Assembly (NCBI RefSeq): GCF_006345805.1
Contig: NC_043007.1
Span: 68,944,001-69,008,000 of the forward strand
DNA length: 64,000 nt
Direction: 5' to 3'
DNA from: Octopus sinensis
Taxonomy: Eukaryota
The notes under the pieces: generated by a model
The model's database searches: none
The model's input: only the letters and a program-made list of their open reading frames with translations
Told to the model about the DNA's origin: nothing
Translations under genes and position numbers: made by a program
In this document: piece by piece, positions 38,318 to 50,729 of the stretch
How the letters are laid out: each line of letters begins with the position of its first letter
How positions within the stretch are numbered: position 1 is the stretch's first letter

Positions 38318-38779
38318 GTATGATTTCCCACGACAGCCACGTTCCAATTATCAAGCCAGTAATAGTGAATTAACTTCAAAACTGTAGATGCCAGCTAAGA
38401 AACTTCAGAGACTTAACTGTCGAATTAAACACATTAAGGCTGTTCTTAAATGCATCTTGGCAGTTAAGGAATGTAGTTATAATCTGCACTTGTATTTGGC
38501 AGATTGTGGTAATTATTGTACCCATCATTCAAAGGCCCAGCCTTATTATATGTTACGCTGATTTGCTTTGGGAATAGGGTTAATGCTACGTAACTGGAAG
38601 TGTTCAGATACAAGTTAATAATGCAAGTGCTTTTCAAAATTTTTTAACAATCCCTTTTCTGTTACTAACATTTTATTCAACAGTCCCTTGGTACTTAAAT
38701 ATTCACTGTATCCAGAATAATTTAGATCCAGGTACTAGTTTGAGATGGGTAATTACTAACCATTGCACCTCATTGCAGT

Positions 38780-39000
38780 AAGGGAATATTTGATGCACCA
38801 CTCGGCAAAATGGACAGCTTTAAAAAAATAGCACTGAATCGATTCGTTGAAGGAAGTATCAACAGAGGGAGAAAACGTCTAACCTGTATGGACAACTTGC
38901 TTCGGGACAGTGGAACGGCAAATGTTAACGAATTAAGAACATCCATGAGGGATGTGCTTGCGTGGAAATGCTGAAGCGTCCGGGAGGACGGTCAGACTAT
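38780..39000 (+). mobile_element. RTE-like LINE 3' fragment
   Basis: EGSINRGRKRLTCMDNLLRDSGTANVNELRTSMRD. Confidence 0.6.
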
Positions 39001-39534
39001 CTATAAATGAATATTTGATGCATCACCGCTTGACCTTAATTATTGACCCAGTGTTTAATACGTTACTTCGACCAAACTCAGGTACGTATTTTTTTGTGAC
39101 CCCACCCCACCCACCGCCGTTTAACAGCCGGTGTTGGTTTGTTTACATTACGTAACTTAGCGGTTCGGCATGAAGACATCGACAGAATAAGTGCCGGCAC
39201 TAGAAAAGAAAGTAAGAAATAGGGAAAAATTTTTTTCCACTACACTCTTCAAGGCAGTGTAGTAGCATGGCCTCAGTTAAATGGGTGAAACAAGTTGAAG
39301 GATAAAAGAACCTCCTTTACAGAATCAATCCTCCGCCTCCTCCTCATCATTACTCTCACCCAACTTCAACCATTGACCTCTCCCAAATCATGATCATAAC
39401 ATCGACAGAATAAATACTGGGGCAATTTGTTTAACTAAACCTACCAACTCGGTGCCCCAGCATAGCCGCAGTCTAATCACTGGTACAAATAAAAGAATAA
39501 AAGAAATTAACGAACATATATGGACGTAAGGTGA

Positions 39535-39850
39535 AGGTGCGTGGCCTAGTGGTTAGGCTGATCGGTAGATCGTAGGTTCGATTCCCTGACTGGGCGGCCT
39601 GTTGTGTTCACATTGCTCCAGTACCGCTTCGATCACGGGGAATTGTTCACCTACTCGTCTAGCCAGCGGGATAGCGTCATTTGAATGCTAAAACAATGCA
39701 AAAAGCGCATTGTGATCAGCGATGTGTAACAATATTTGATAACCAGGTCGGTCATGTGATCATGTGGTAAGAGTCCTACTGCGTGGCACCTTGGGCATTA
39801 TAGCCTCGGACCAACCAAAGCTTTATGAGTGGATTTGAAAGCAGCCCGTC
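39535..39850 (+). mobile_element. Family C-type SINE with a third tail, followed by a family B fragment
   Basis: GCGTGGCCTAGTGGTTAGG / GGTTCGATTCC; then GCGTGGCACCTTGGGC...GAGTGGATTTG. Confidence 0.65.
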
Positions 39851-39856
39851 ATATGT

Positions 39857-39896
<40 letters not shown>

Positions 39897-40347
39897 TTCT
39901 GTCTGTCTGTACGCATATACGTAAGTGCTTCCCTCCGTATATGCATGCATTGATATGTGGGTATTATGTAGCGTGTGTCTATCTACAAAGACACATGTGC
40001 GTACACGGCTATGTGTATATGCGTGCATGTACAAACATGTACGTAAGCGCTCGTTGTTGTCCTATTATTGGTATATACTAACCTACGCGAAAGGACATAT
40101 GTGAGTATGTGCCCTCATCTGTGCGCTTATTTGTATGTGTGTCGGTTTGTGTGAGTGCACGTAATTGACAGTATGTATATGTGGACGTATATTTGTCTAA
40201 ATGCCTGAACGCAACAGTATAATTTTTATCTGCTAACATCGGTCACTAAATCTATTCTCAAAATACAAATAGCAACAAACCTACTCCGTTTTTTCCCTAA
40301 CCATCATACATTTCCCTCTTATCTACCCTCACTACCACTATATATTC

Positions 40348-40660
40348 TTTTCTACAAGGCCCGAAATTTTGGGGAGAGGGAGCAAGTCGATTAGATCGAC
40401 TCCAGTACGCAACTGGTACTTAATTTTTCGACCTCGAAAGGATGAAAGGCAAAATCGACATCGGCGGAATTTGAACTCAGAACGTGAAGACATGCGAAAT
40501 ACTGCTAAGCATTTCGCCCAGCACGCTACCGTTTCTGCCAACTCGCCGCCTTACTACCACTATATATTTATTTCTTTATTACCCACAAGAGGCTAAACAT
40601 AGAGGGGACAAACAAGGACAGACAAGGGGATTAAGTCGATTACATTGAACCCAGTGCGTA
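40348..40660 (-). mobile_element. Family A SINE (40348-40549) preceded on the minus strand by the tail of another A unit
   Basis: Reverse-complement A head and long tail motifs. Confidence 0.8.
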
Positions 40661-40780
40661 ACTGCCTCCTAATGTTGTTGGTGCAGTGGAACATTTTGTA
40701 TGGCTACTGGGAATCGAGAGTAGCTACAGATCGTGTATAGTCTTTGATGTCTTGATCTATTAAAATATTTGTTTTAATAG

Positions 40781-40853
40781 ATCGACCCAAGTCGATTTTA
40801 TCTTTCGGCCCAAGTCAGTGGCCTTTCTCCAGGATAAACATTAATGGCTTGGA
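40781..40853 (+). CDS. Candidate exon (phase 1 to 2), (D)RPKSILSFGPSQWPFSRININGL; in-frame TGA at 40855 if unspliced
   Basis: TTTGTTTTAATAG acceptor, GA|GTGAGA donor; phase-compatible with 38137-38317. Confidence 0.3.
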
Positions 40854-41322
40854 GTGAGAGATTTTGCATGCATGAACAGCTGTCAGTCTTCCTTAAAAGT
40901 ATCGTGCCCAGTCCAGTACACACATATGAAGTTGAATTATAAAACCTGACTGACAGAGCTCTTTGACTGCATTTACTACTCGTCTATCTTCACCCCATTT
41001 AAGAACAACAAATACTTTTTTTTCCGTATCACGAATATGCATAAACATAATTTATATAGTGTTCTGCTTAATATGTTATAATTCTTCCATTGATTGATTG
41101 ACTGGAATTACACATTCTAAACCCCCAAAATACCCGTAACTACAAAACAATAGCCGTAATGTTTACACTGATGCGAGCAACTTATAGTAATAATAATAAA
41201 AAAAACATAGCCGTCACTCACACGCGAGAATGAATCCACAGTTCTGCTTGTTGTGATTTAGTTGAACAGTTTCTGCGGCTATGTGTAGTCGAGAGGGAGA
41301 GAGAGAAACAGAGAATGAAAAA

Positions 41323-41357
<35 letters not shown>

Positions 41358-41714
41358 CTGGGAGAAAGAGAAAGAGAGACAGAAAGAGGGGGAGTGTGGT
41401 ATGAATGAATAAATACTAATGTCTACGACCACAGCGTTATATCTATACTAAGAGTTTTGTCACTTCATGTTGCAGATTCTTCATATTTGGTGGTTCAATC
41501 CACTGGCACCAGTTGAGAGAGCAGCAGCGCTTGATATGGCGCATGACTGCATCAGGTCCTCTCTCGTCTGTCTTTCTCTCCGTGCGAATCTCTGTCCCTT
41601 CTTCACTTCTCTTTTTATATGTTGTATTTCGTTTAATCAAATCTTGATGGTTAGCAATCGTCTCACTTCTATCAATGACAAACTTGACCATCCTGGAAGA
41701 GTCATGGAGTAAAT

Positions 41715-41910
41715 CTCTCAAAAATCTATTCCATAGGATCCTGTCAGAAGCAACCATCGTTACACTTTCCAGCTGGATTCTCAAGCGTGACCAACTCAGA
41801 CTATAGTCATTAGCCAACCATCTCGCTTGTGGTCTAGCCCTAGTTCTCCTGCCGCTTGGCTTGGCTTGAAGACTGTCTTGCGATCCTCTTCTGTGGCTTT
41901 ACCAAAACAC
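41715..41910 (-). mobile_element. RTE-like LINE 3' fragment
   Basis: WSRLRIQLESVTMVASDRILW, homologous to the 16.0 kb and 45.9 kb fragments. Confidence 0.7.
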
Positions 41911-41944
41911 CGCATCCCGCTTTTATGAGATGAATTTTGTTTTT

Positions 41945-42388
41945 CGATATATTTGTTTTCTTTTATCTATTAATTGTTTCACTCATTGGACTGCGGCCAT
42001 ACTGGAGCATCGCCTTAAAGGGTTTAGTCGACCGAACTGGACCCGGTACTTATATTTTTCTAGGCCTGTTACTTATTCTATCGGTCTTTTTTTCTTGAAC
42101 TGCCAGTTGACAGGCGGTGGCGGTGGACAAGTACAAACACAATGGCACACTTACACGCGCACACATACATACATAAATACATACATACATACATACATAC
42201 ATACATACATACATACATGCATACATACATAGTGGGCTTCTTTCAGTTTCCGTCTTCAAAATCCACTCACAAATATCTGACCGGCTCGGTGCGTTAGCTG
42301 AAGACACTAGCCAAATGTGCCACGTAATGGGACGGAACACGGGACTATATGACTGGGAAGCAAACTTCTTACCATACAGCTACGCCTG
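41945..42388 (-). mobile_element. Family B SINE with internal (ATAC)n
   Basis: B head and tail motifs. Confidence 0.8.
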
Positions 42389-43599
42389 CATCTACATCGC
42401 AAAGTTTACAACATATATCTAAAACATAGCCATAGTATGTATGTATAGACACAGCGTAAAATTTGTTATTGAGTTTCGGTCTATGAGGTATATTTAAAGA
42501 AATCAATAAACTCAGAATCTTATTTGTCCACACTAAAAAATAATTAGTTTTCTCCAAAATTTTAAGAGAACAGGAGTTTGTAATAAAATTCATTTAACTC
42601 GATTCATTACTTGGTCTCTTTTAATTTCAACGCTATTTCAAATTAACCAGGTATTGTCACCAAAGAAATGGTCTTGCTAAAAGGAAGAATAGAGTATCTA
42701 AGGGGAGGTTCTTCGAAGAATCATTTCGAAAAGTCAACAGCTGCGAAAAATAATTGAAGTAATTAAAGTTAATTATGTTGAGTTACGTGTATTATTCGTT
42801 ACTAATCTCAATTTCCCGTCTGTATCAAAATCTGAAGGATTTCTAGGCGTGTGCGCGCATAAGCGTGTATGTACGAGTGTGTGTGTGTGTGTGTATAAGT
42901 TATTATTAAAGTTTAGATTTAATTTTCAAATTTTCAAATTCAAACTGCGTTTTAGGTATGTCCCTAGTAGTGTGACCGCAAAATATGCTCTCTGCTTATG
43001 GCTACCTGGCATCATCCACGTTATTTGCACAATCGTCACTGGATCTACGTTAGGAATTCCACAGTGCACGTTGAGTATAGTATAAAAAGTTGATACGGAA
43101 GACAGAATATACTGTAAACTTTATTTATCACAACGATCGTTTCGCCGCATTCAGCACCGCTCTCTTGTTAGTGGGAAACCATACAACGAATTCCAATGTA
43201 CGCATCAGTGCAGAAGCATCTCTTGGGGTGATATAACTCAGTTTCTTGTTATATAATTGACGTATCACTCTTAAGCTTAACTAGAGCATGTTAGATAGTC
43301 GTATCTAAACGGAATGGCAAGAAAAAATTGTTAAACTGAGTTACAAACAGGAAGTAATTGAGAAAAATGCAATACTAAGAATAAGGAAAGATAAAGCATA
43401 CAATAAATTAAAATAAGACACACTATAATGTGTGTCAGTGTCTGACCAGCTCCTCCAAAGATTACCTACTGGTAATAAATTGTTTGATGGTTTGGCGATC
43501 ATTGTCGTCAAGCAGACATATTGGGCTGGAATGGGTTCAGGATGTTGTTCGGATCATAACACTTAATAACTATTAGCACACATCAATATCCTAACATAC

Positions 43600-43986
43600 C
43601 CTAGTGAAGATGCAGGCTGGAAAGTGGAACATTTTCCAATCGAAGTCGGACGTAGAGGATTTGTTGGACACAGTGTTAGGCGACTGTTGTTATCGTTAGG
43701 TCTAACTCATCGTAAAGTAAATACCACGATGAACGGTACCCAAACTTCAGTGGAAAAGGCTAGCCACTGGATCTGGCTAAAAAGAGACGATGAGAAATGG
43801 CTATAAGAATATTGAGCTATATTTGATTACTAGCAAGCGGGGCCTCATATCAGTGAGGAGCACCGGTGCACAGTGATGCCATCGAGAGGTAGGTCCCAAA
43901 ACGGCACTCATTCTCACCTGCTGGCTTCCGGTATGCGGAGCTTTCGACTGGTAGCACTTGCACGTGCAAGTTTGCAAAACATCTAC
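43600..43986 (+). mobile_element. 5'-truncated HERO/NeSL-like non-LTR retrotransposon with 23-bp TSD
   Basis: GWKVEHFPIEVGRRGFV...EKASHWIWLKR (restriction-like endonuclease C-terminus); CACACATCAATATCC(T/C)AACATAC at 43577-43599 and 43987-44009. Confidence 0.85.
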
Positions 43987-44366
43987 CACACATCAATATC
44001 CCAACATACGCCTATATACACATATATGTTAACACGTACATAAGCACCCATTTATACACGCACGTGCGCCGTTCCACATTTATACACAGACTCATCAATA
44101 TATATAGAACGGGGCTACATATGTTTCACAGCGAGCGGAACCTAAGAAGTGGTAAATATTCAAGCGAGGTGTATATCGCAGGCTACTCTTCAGGCCAAGG
44201 ATATCCTGATTGAATGAAAGTTTACATTGTCACAAGGAGGTATATGTTAACGCATGGAAGATTCAATCAGAATGTGTAGAGATCATAGTTGGAGAGGAGA
44301 ATATAAATGTAGACAGAAATAATTATTAAAAGAAGGAAAAAAGAAGAAAATATAAGGGAGTGAGAG

Positions 44367-44700
44367 GAATGAGGAATTTAAGCAAGGTTATTTGACCGGT
44401 AGTAATCAATAGAGCTGTTTTGGCTGAATCACAGAAATAAGCGAGGGGAGTGGCATTTGAAAAAAAAGATAATGTGGAAGGAAGAGGGTGGGGAAATATT
44501 GTTGACCAAGGGGGGGAAAAGTGTGCATGAAGATAGCAAGACAGAATGACGAATTTAAGCACGATCATTTGACTGGTAATAATCAATAGGGCTATTTTGG
44601 CCGAATCACAGAATTTAGCAAGTGGAGTGGCATTAGAAAAAAAATAACGTGGAGGGAAGAGAGTGGGGAAATGTTTTTGGTCAAGGAGGAGAAAAAATAT
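44367..44700 (+). repeat. Diverged tandem duplication, period 177 bp
   Basis: GAATGA(G/C)GAATTTAAGC at 44367 and 44544, with colinear similarity beyond. Confidence 0.85.
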
Positions 44701-44997
44701 ATATCCTTGAAGAAAGCATAGAAAGGATGGGGCAGAATCGTGGCGGCTACTACTGGTTTTCAGTAGAGGAACGTATATTGTGTACCGTGAGCGTGGTTAC
44801 AGTATGAAGTAGTAGAAGCGTATGTTGGCGTATGTACTTCCAAATTTACGAATAGAGTTGGGTAGGAGGGGAGGCAGGTGAACTAAGAGAAAACAAAAAT
44901 TTTTTAAATGGTAAGGAAAAATACAGAAAGAAGTATGTAAAAGACAATAAGGAATTAAAGGGTAGATATATTGTTGGTTTAATATATAATGGTAGTA

Positions 44998-45312
44998 AGG
45001 GAGTGAGCTGGCAGAAACGTTAGCTCGCTGGACGAAATGCTTACCGGTATTTCGTCTACCGTTACGTTCTGAGTTCAAATTCCGCCGAGGTCGACTTTGC
45101 CTTTCATCATTTCGGGGTCGATAAATTAAGTACCAGTCACGCACTGGGTATCGATGTAATTGACTTAATTCCTTTGTCTGTCCTTGTTTGTCCCCTCTAT
45201 GTTTAGCCCCTTGTGGGCAATAAAGAAATAAGAAGCGTTAGTAGCATTTCGTTTGTCTTTACCTTCTGAATTCAATTTCCATCGGGGTTGACATTACCTT
45301 TCATCCTCCCGG
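44998..45312 (+). mobile_element. Young family A SINE plus partial second unit
   Basis: Near-identical core to 14425-14658. Confidence 0.9.
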
Positions 45313-45794
45313 AAGTGCTTATTAATTATGGGAGGACTTAAACAAGTAAGAAATTCGTTTTATCTAATCTTTTAAAGGCAATATATATTTTTATTTTGAA
45401 AATCGGTATTCATTTCATCATAGAAGCACAAAGTCGAATTATGATTATTGTCTGTACGACTAATTTCTTGATGTTACCCACGGGTGGCAAACGTATACTT
45501 TCAAAGTTAACCATCACAAGAAGTGTAACACTTTAGTACTAATTTAATTTGCTTTAAAGACAGCCACCTGGCAGAATCGTTAGATTGCAGATAAAAGTAT
45601 TTTTCTATATTTCTTCTGACTTTATGTTTTGAATTAAAATCTCGCCGAAATATACTTTGCTTTTAATTCTCTCGGAGTCTACAAAAATAAAGTACCAGTC
45701 GAGTACTGACACACTCCGCTCAAAATTCCTGGCCTTGTTCCTAAATAAGAAGCCATTCATCCATCACTTTTCTCCATCCACTTATTCCTGCGCG

Positions 45795-46000
45795 AGTCGT
45801 ATAGTTAGAGTCTCCTCCATAGGTACTTATCAACAGCAACCATCATTACACTTTCCGGCTCGATTCCCAAGCGTGACCAAATAAGTCTATGGATAGTATC
45901 CAACCATTTCGTTTTTGGTTTATCCCTATGTCTCCTACTGGTTGATTTGGCTTGAAAAATCCACCTTGTGATTCTTTTCTGCGTCATTTTAATTACATAT
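45795..46000 (-). mobile_element. RTE-like LINE 3' fragment
   Basis: ORF 45805-45987: RRHRDKPKTKWLDTIHRLIWSRLGIEPESV. Confidence 0.75.
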
Positions 46001-46784
46001 CCGTAATATGTCTCGATGTTGTGAAGTAGCGGCTCAATCCGAAAAAAACTCGATCACCGAGCAGCGTAACCTGTCGAGTAGCATTACTCTAGAGACCCTT
46101 CGAACGAACATCACTCATTTTAATTCTTCCTTCAATGTTGCGAGATCGAATCTCGCTTGAATATACAACGTATAACAACCAATGTATATATCAGTAATGT
46201 ATTTGTTCGACTGCGCGAACCATTCTTGTATAAAAATCAGATTTACAAATCTTTTTAGATACGAAATAAATTAACAACTACCATGGTCCAAGGCTATCAT
46301 AACAGCACTCACATCTGCTGCTTTGATCAATCTGATTTGTGATCACTGAACAATTTTAAACTTGATGTGATCGAATTGAAATTTCCAGCCACGTATAAAA
46401 CTCATAAAGCTTGATTGATCCAAGTTATCGGAAGCCTGTAATGATTGGTTAAATTGGATAGTTTTATTTTAAATTGAAGTGAATACAATCAACAGTTGCC
46501 ATCTGGTGTTTCGGCTTCTTTAATATCGACCTCAAATAAATATTGATGAAATGATATATTCGGAATATTTCGATAAGATATTGGCTAAAATATATTACCA
46601 TTTTCACATTCTCCGCGTTTCAACCATTTTGCATTTATGCATTTATACAGTCATTAGAAAGACTTATTAATGGCATTCAAACGAGCACGCGCACACATGC
46701 ACACACATGTATATGTGCATGTATGCGCCTATGTATATATGTATGTATATATACATATGTATATGACCGCGTGTGTACAGTTCG

Positions 46785-46963
46785 CGATTTTTTTTCCTCT
46801 GTCTTCCCTTCTCTGGATCTTTCCTTCTATGTTTCCGACGAAGAGCTCCGCTCGAAACGTTAAACCCTCCTTCTTCCCTTCCTTCCTGAGCGTCCAATAA
46901 TACTATATTTGTTCCACGTCCTCGCGTTTTTGTGTTTTCTCTTTGTGTTTTCATGTTTGGATT

Positions 46964-46966
<3 letters not shown>
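46785..46966 (+). mobile_element. Penelope-pLTR/retrozyme-like repeat
   Basis: Hammerhead at 46831-46865, then AGCGTCCA and a T-rich tail; flanked by microsatellites. Confidence 0.6.
46831..46865 (+). ncRNA. Minimal type I hammerhead (U4C core)
   Basis: GTTT-CCGACGA-A-GAGC(TCC)GCTC-GAAAC-GTT-AAAC. Confidence 0.65.
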
Positions 46967-47034
<68 letters not shown>

Positions 47035-47633
47035 GGGAAAACGAATTTCCAAATCAATCAGGTACAACCCTTCAGCATTACATGCATCTGCATATCGTGC
47101 CTTGGAGTCTTCTTTATCATATATTTATATATATATCTAGAAATATACAAAGTATCCAATAAAAGTCTATAATAATTCAGTTTTGGGGGATTAATAGATA
47201 TGCGGGTATTCTATTTCAGATAATACAAAAACTAAATAACCTAATGAGAATATCTGAAAGTAAACTCATGGTATCCATTTGCACATCACGAAATAATACT
47301 TTAAAGGATATAGCCAGTATATCAGCGGGGTACATAATATACTTCTTTAATTATATCCTACTTAAGTTAACACTTAAATTTATTAATTATGACGTAACTA
47401 CACGTGCTTCAGTATTGGAAGATTACAATATATATCACATACACACAAATGTATACATATATATTTATACATATATAAATATATATATGCAATCATCAGA
47501 TTTACAATTAATTCAACACATCTGCATGTCCTTTTTCAAATCTAATTTTACATCCCTTTAAAAAAGGGCGTTAAATTAAGCAATAAATTAAACGTTAAAA
47601 ATTAAAAATAAAAATAAAAATTATACATTGTAA

Positions 47634-47719
47634 TATGGCGTAGTGGTTAAGAGCACTGCCTACTGATCCCAAGATTCCGAGTTCGATTCCAGGCAGTGAC
47701 CTGAATAATAATAATAATA

Positions 47720-47752
<33 letters not shown>

Positions 47753-47938
47753 ATAGCAACAACATCGAAAAATACCTTAGGAATGACAACCCACGTTCGA
47801 AATTTCCTCAAGACACCTGATAAATGCTGGAGGGTATATCAACCGAAACGTTGTGTTAACAACAAACAAGATGAGGACACATAACCATTAAATGTAAATA
47901 ATGTACGTAATTCCTTATCTCTTAAATATAGAACTATA
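47634..47938 (+). mobile_element. tRNA-headed SINE (family F) with hammerhead-containing tail
   Basis: A box TGGCGTAGTGG (47636), B box GAGTTCGATTCC (47679), (AAT)n/(ATT)n linker, decayed hammerhead at 47813-47856. Confidence 0.7.
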
Positions 47939-48142
47939 ATAATGGTGTTGCCATAGTGTACAAACCAGCTGGGAAAAGTTTTATCAAAATCGATTCACAG
48001 AAAACCAATAAATCCTAAATTTCACTCCTGAGCTATTAGCGTGGTTCTGAAGTGTATATTGTAAGGGTTTTTCTTGAATTCTCATTGTTTTTGTGGACAA
48101 TTTTCGACTTTACCATTTTCTCAGTACAGTCAAAGCAATTAT

Positions 48143-48514
48143 AACAAGAGCACTCAGAGAGCGCAAACCTCTGCCATGGCAACACCACCGTCCTCTCGAC
48201 GATTAGCCGGTGATGATTTTTAAAATGAGAATAGCTCAAATAAACACGAATGCTCTCACAAACGAGAACACGAAAATTGAACGCGAACGCTCTCAAAAAT
48301 TAAGTACAAAACAGGAAAAATAATTCAGTATCCTAGTCCTGTATCGGATCACTTCCAAAATCTAATCAGTTCGCGCCAGTCACGAGGCCAAACATCCCTG
48401 AAAGTTTCACCCGAATCTATCCAGCGGTTCTTACGATAATTGTCCACGGACAAACAAACAAACAAACAAATACGACTGAAAACAATACCTCCGCCTTCGC
48501 TAAGGCGGCGGTAA
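48143..48514 (+). mobile_element. Helentron-associated (HINE/DINE-1-like) non-autonomous element
   Basis: 5' AACAAGAG...ACCTCTGCC, internal (CAAA)n, 3' hairpin CCTCCGCCTT-CGCT-AAGGCGGCGG then TAAT. Confidence 0.65.
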
Positions 48515-50233
48515 TAATGACGTAAAATCTTTTTGCAACAATAGTGTCTTTATAGTATTGTGTTCAACTCCAAATAATGTTATTGTCAATAAGAACTGAG
48601 TACAGTTTTGAGACATGCAAGTCTAATTTTTTCGTAAATAAATACCTTGAAAATTGCCAAACACCTACCATGATGCTAGTTAAGAAGTCTTCTTGTCGTT
48701 GTTGTTTTTTATATAATCTATTAACTGTGGTTTTCTTAGAGTTAACTGAAATCAGCTCCCTGCCAAGACTGTTTTTTTCCATACTTTGCCATCGCAAGTA
48801 TTTTCTATACTATAAAACATTTCATTTAACTAACATTGTTGACGTAAATATCACTAATCAGTAAACGTAAAATAGTTTGTATTTTTTAACTCTACTGTAG
48901 CCACAACACCCCTGCTGCTGACTTGTTTGTTAACTAATGGCAGTGGTGCAGTAGAGCTTTCTATTGAGAAATTACGAAACAGAGTTTTATTTTATTTTAT
49001 TTTATTTTATTCCACTTTCCAGTGTCTAGAGTTTTGTTTATTTGCTACCAAAACCGTCACTGGAGTCTCAAGCCATTTTCACTCAGGGAATTATCTCCAT
49101 CTATGGCAGGTGTATGAAGGCGACATAAGCGTAAAATTGTGTTTGAAGTAATGCAATACTGTCTAGCAATTGTTTGTTGATTTTGCTCAACGACGGGCAT
49201 GAGCACTTCGATGGTTTACCTGCCAATTTTATCTAATACAAGCACTTAGTGTGTGCTCGCTGGGCACTGCCCGATCGTGGTAAGTATTAAAAAATTGTTT
49301 TCCATGAATTTCATCTTCCAAATCAGAGTGTGCGTCTTCCACGACCCAGCGTCTACGTGCCACAAAATACTGATATCAGGAGAGGTGAAAGTTCAAAGAT
49401 CAAACTGAATAAGGTACGAAGATACTTCATGCTCTCATTCTAAAGGTAAGTATAAGGTATTTCCAAATTCTAAGATCTTTATCTTATATGATTTAGAAAA
49501 AAGTATATTCACAATTTTTGGAAGTAAACATATCTTTATGTGTGTCTTCATCTGTGCAATAAAAAATTGTTTTGCTACACGTCGTAATTCCATTTAGACT
49601 AGTGTTCAAAACGTTGGTCTTCTGGCAGCTCAGATCTTGTTTATCAACTGAAGATAGCACTACAACAGTATTCGCAAAAATCACAAGTACAAACTAATAA
49701 GAATAAGTAAGGAAAACTGAGGTGAAGTATAATAGATGGGATGCTGCAATGTGCGAAGCGTTTTAGAATTTCAGAATATTTGTGTGGTGTGTATTGCTAA
49801 GAAAGAGCATATGTCGGAAAATAACAGGTGGGGTTGGTTATGGAGGGTGGAAAAGAACCGAAAAACATGAAAGGAGTGAAAGCTGTAAAAAAATTAAAAG
49901 ATGCGAGAAAGATAGAGAAAAATATTAACATCCCAGCGACATGCTGTGAGGCGTGATCAAGCATCGTTATGAATGCTGTCTCATATATACTCTACAATAT
50001 AAAAAGTATCTAGAATACAAAAGAAAACAAGATCATTTCGTTCGATATATTTATGGTTATTGGGATATACTCTTAAATACATATACACGCATACACATCT
50101 ATGCGTGTTTGTAGTTTATCCAGTAAATTCGATATTCATTTTTATCATATATTTTACAATTGATCATATACCCAGCGAACTAGCCGTACAGATTTCTAAA
50201 TGGATATATACCCCGACTAGACGAATTAAGATC

Positions 50234-50295
<62 letters not shown>

Positions 50296-50602
50296 GGACA
50301 ATGTAATAAGAGTTACGAAGTGAATTAGCACATACATATTGTAAACGTTCTATCATATGAGCTGGAAACGTTCCCTATGTCTATCACAGGTCTTTAGATA
50401 TTCCCGTTTTGGTGCAGGTTAACATCTACAATGCGGTAGGACAGTAATCACAGCACCCGCTGAGGAGGGAGCTAAACTTCTATCGAAGCATAGTCAAGGG
50501 AAGGCATCTATAGCTAGATATATCCGTATTCATATACATGTGAATGCGTGTGCATATATACAAGCATATATTTGTACATACATACATATATCTATGAATA
50601 TA

Positions 50603-50633
<31 letters not shown>

Positions 50634-50677
50634 TGTGTGTGTGTGTGTGCGTCTGTGTGTTTGTGTATAGATAGATG

Positions 50678-50713
<36 letters not shown>

Positions 50714-50729
50714 ATATTATATATATATG

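Noticed and set aside
41443-41712. ORFs of 124 aa (-) and 81 aa (+) as a host gene
   Set aside because: The 5' part of the minus ORF is RTE tail; the rest has no recognisable motif or clear splice signals.
48560-49450. Degenerate LINE endonuclease or small exons with GTAAGT donors (about 49279, 49447)
   Set aside because: No diagnostic motif and weak acceptors; left unassigned.
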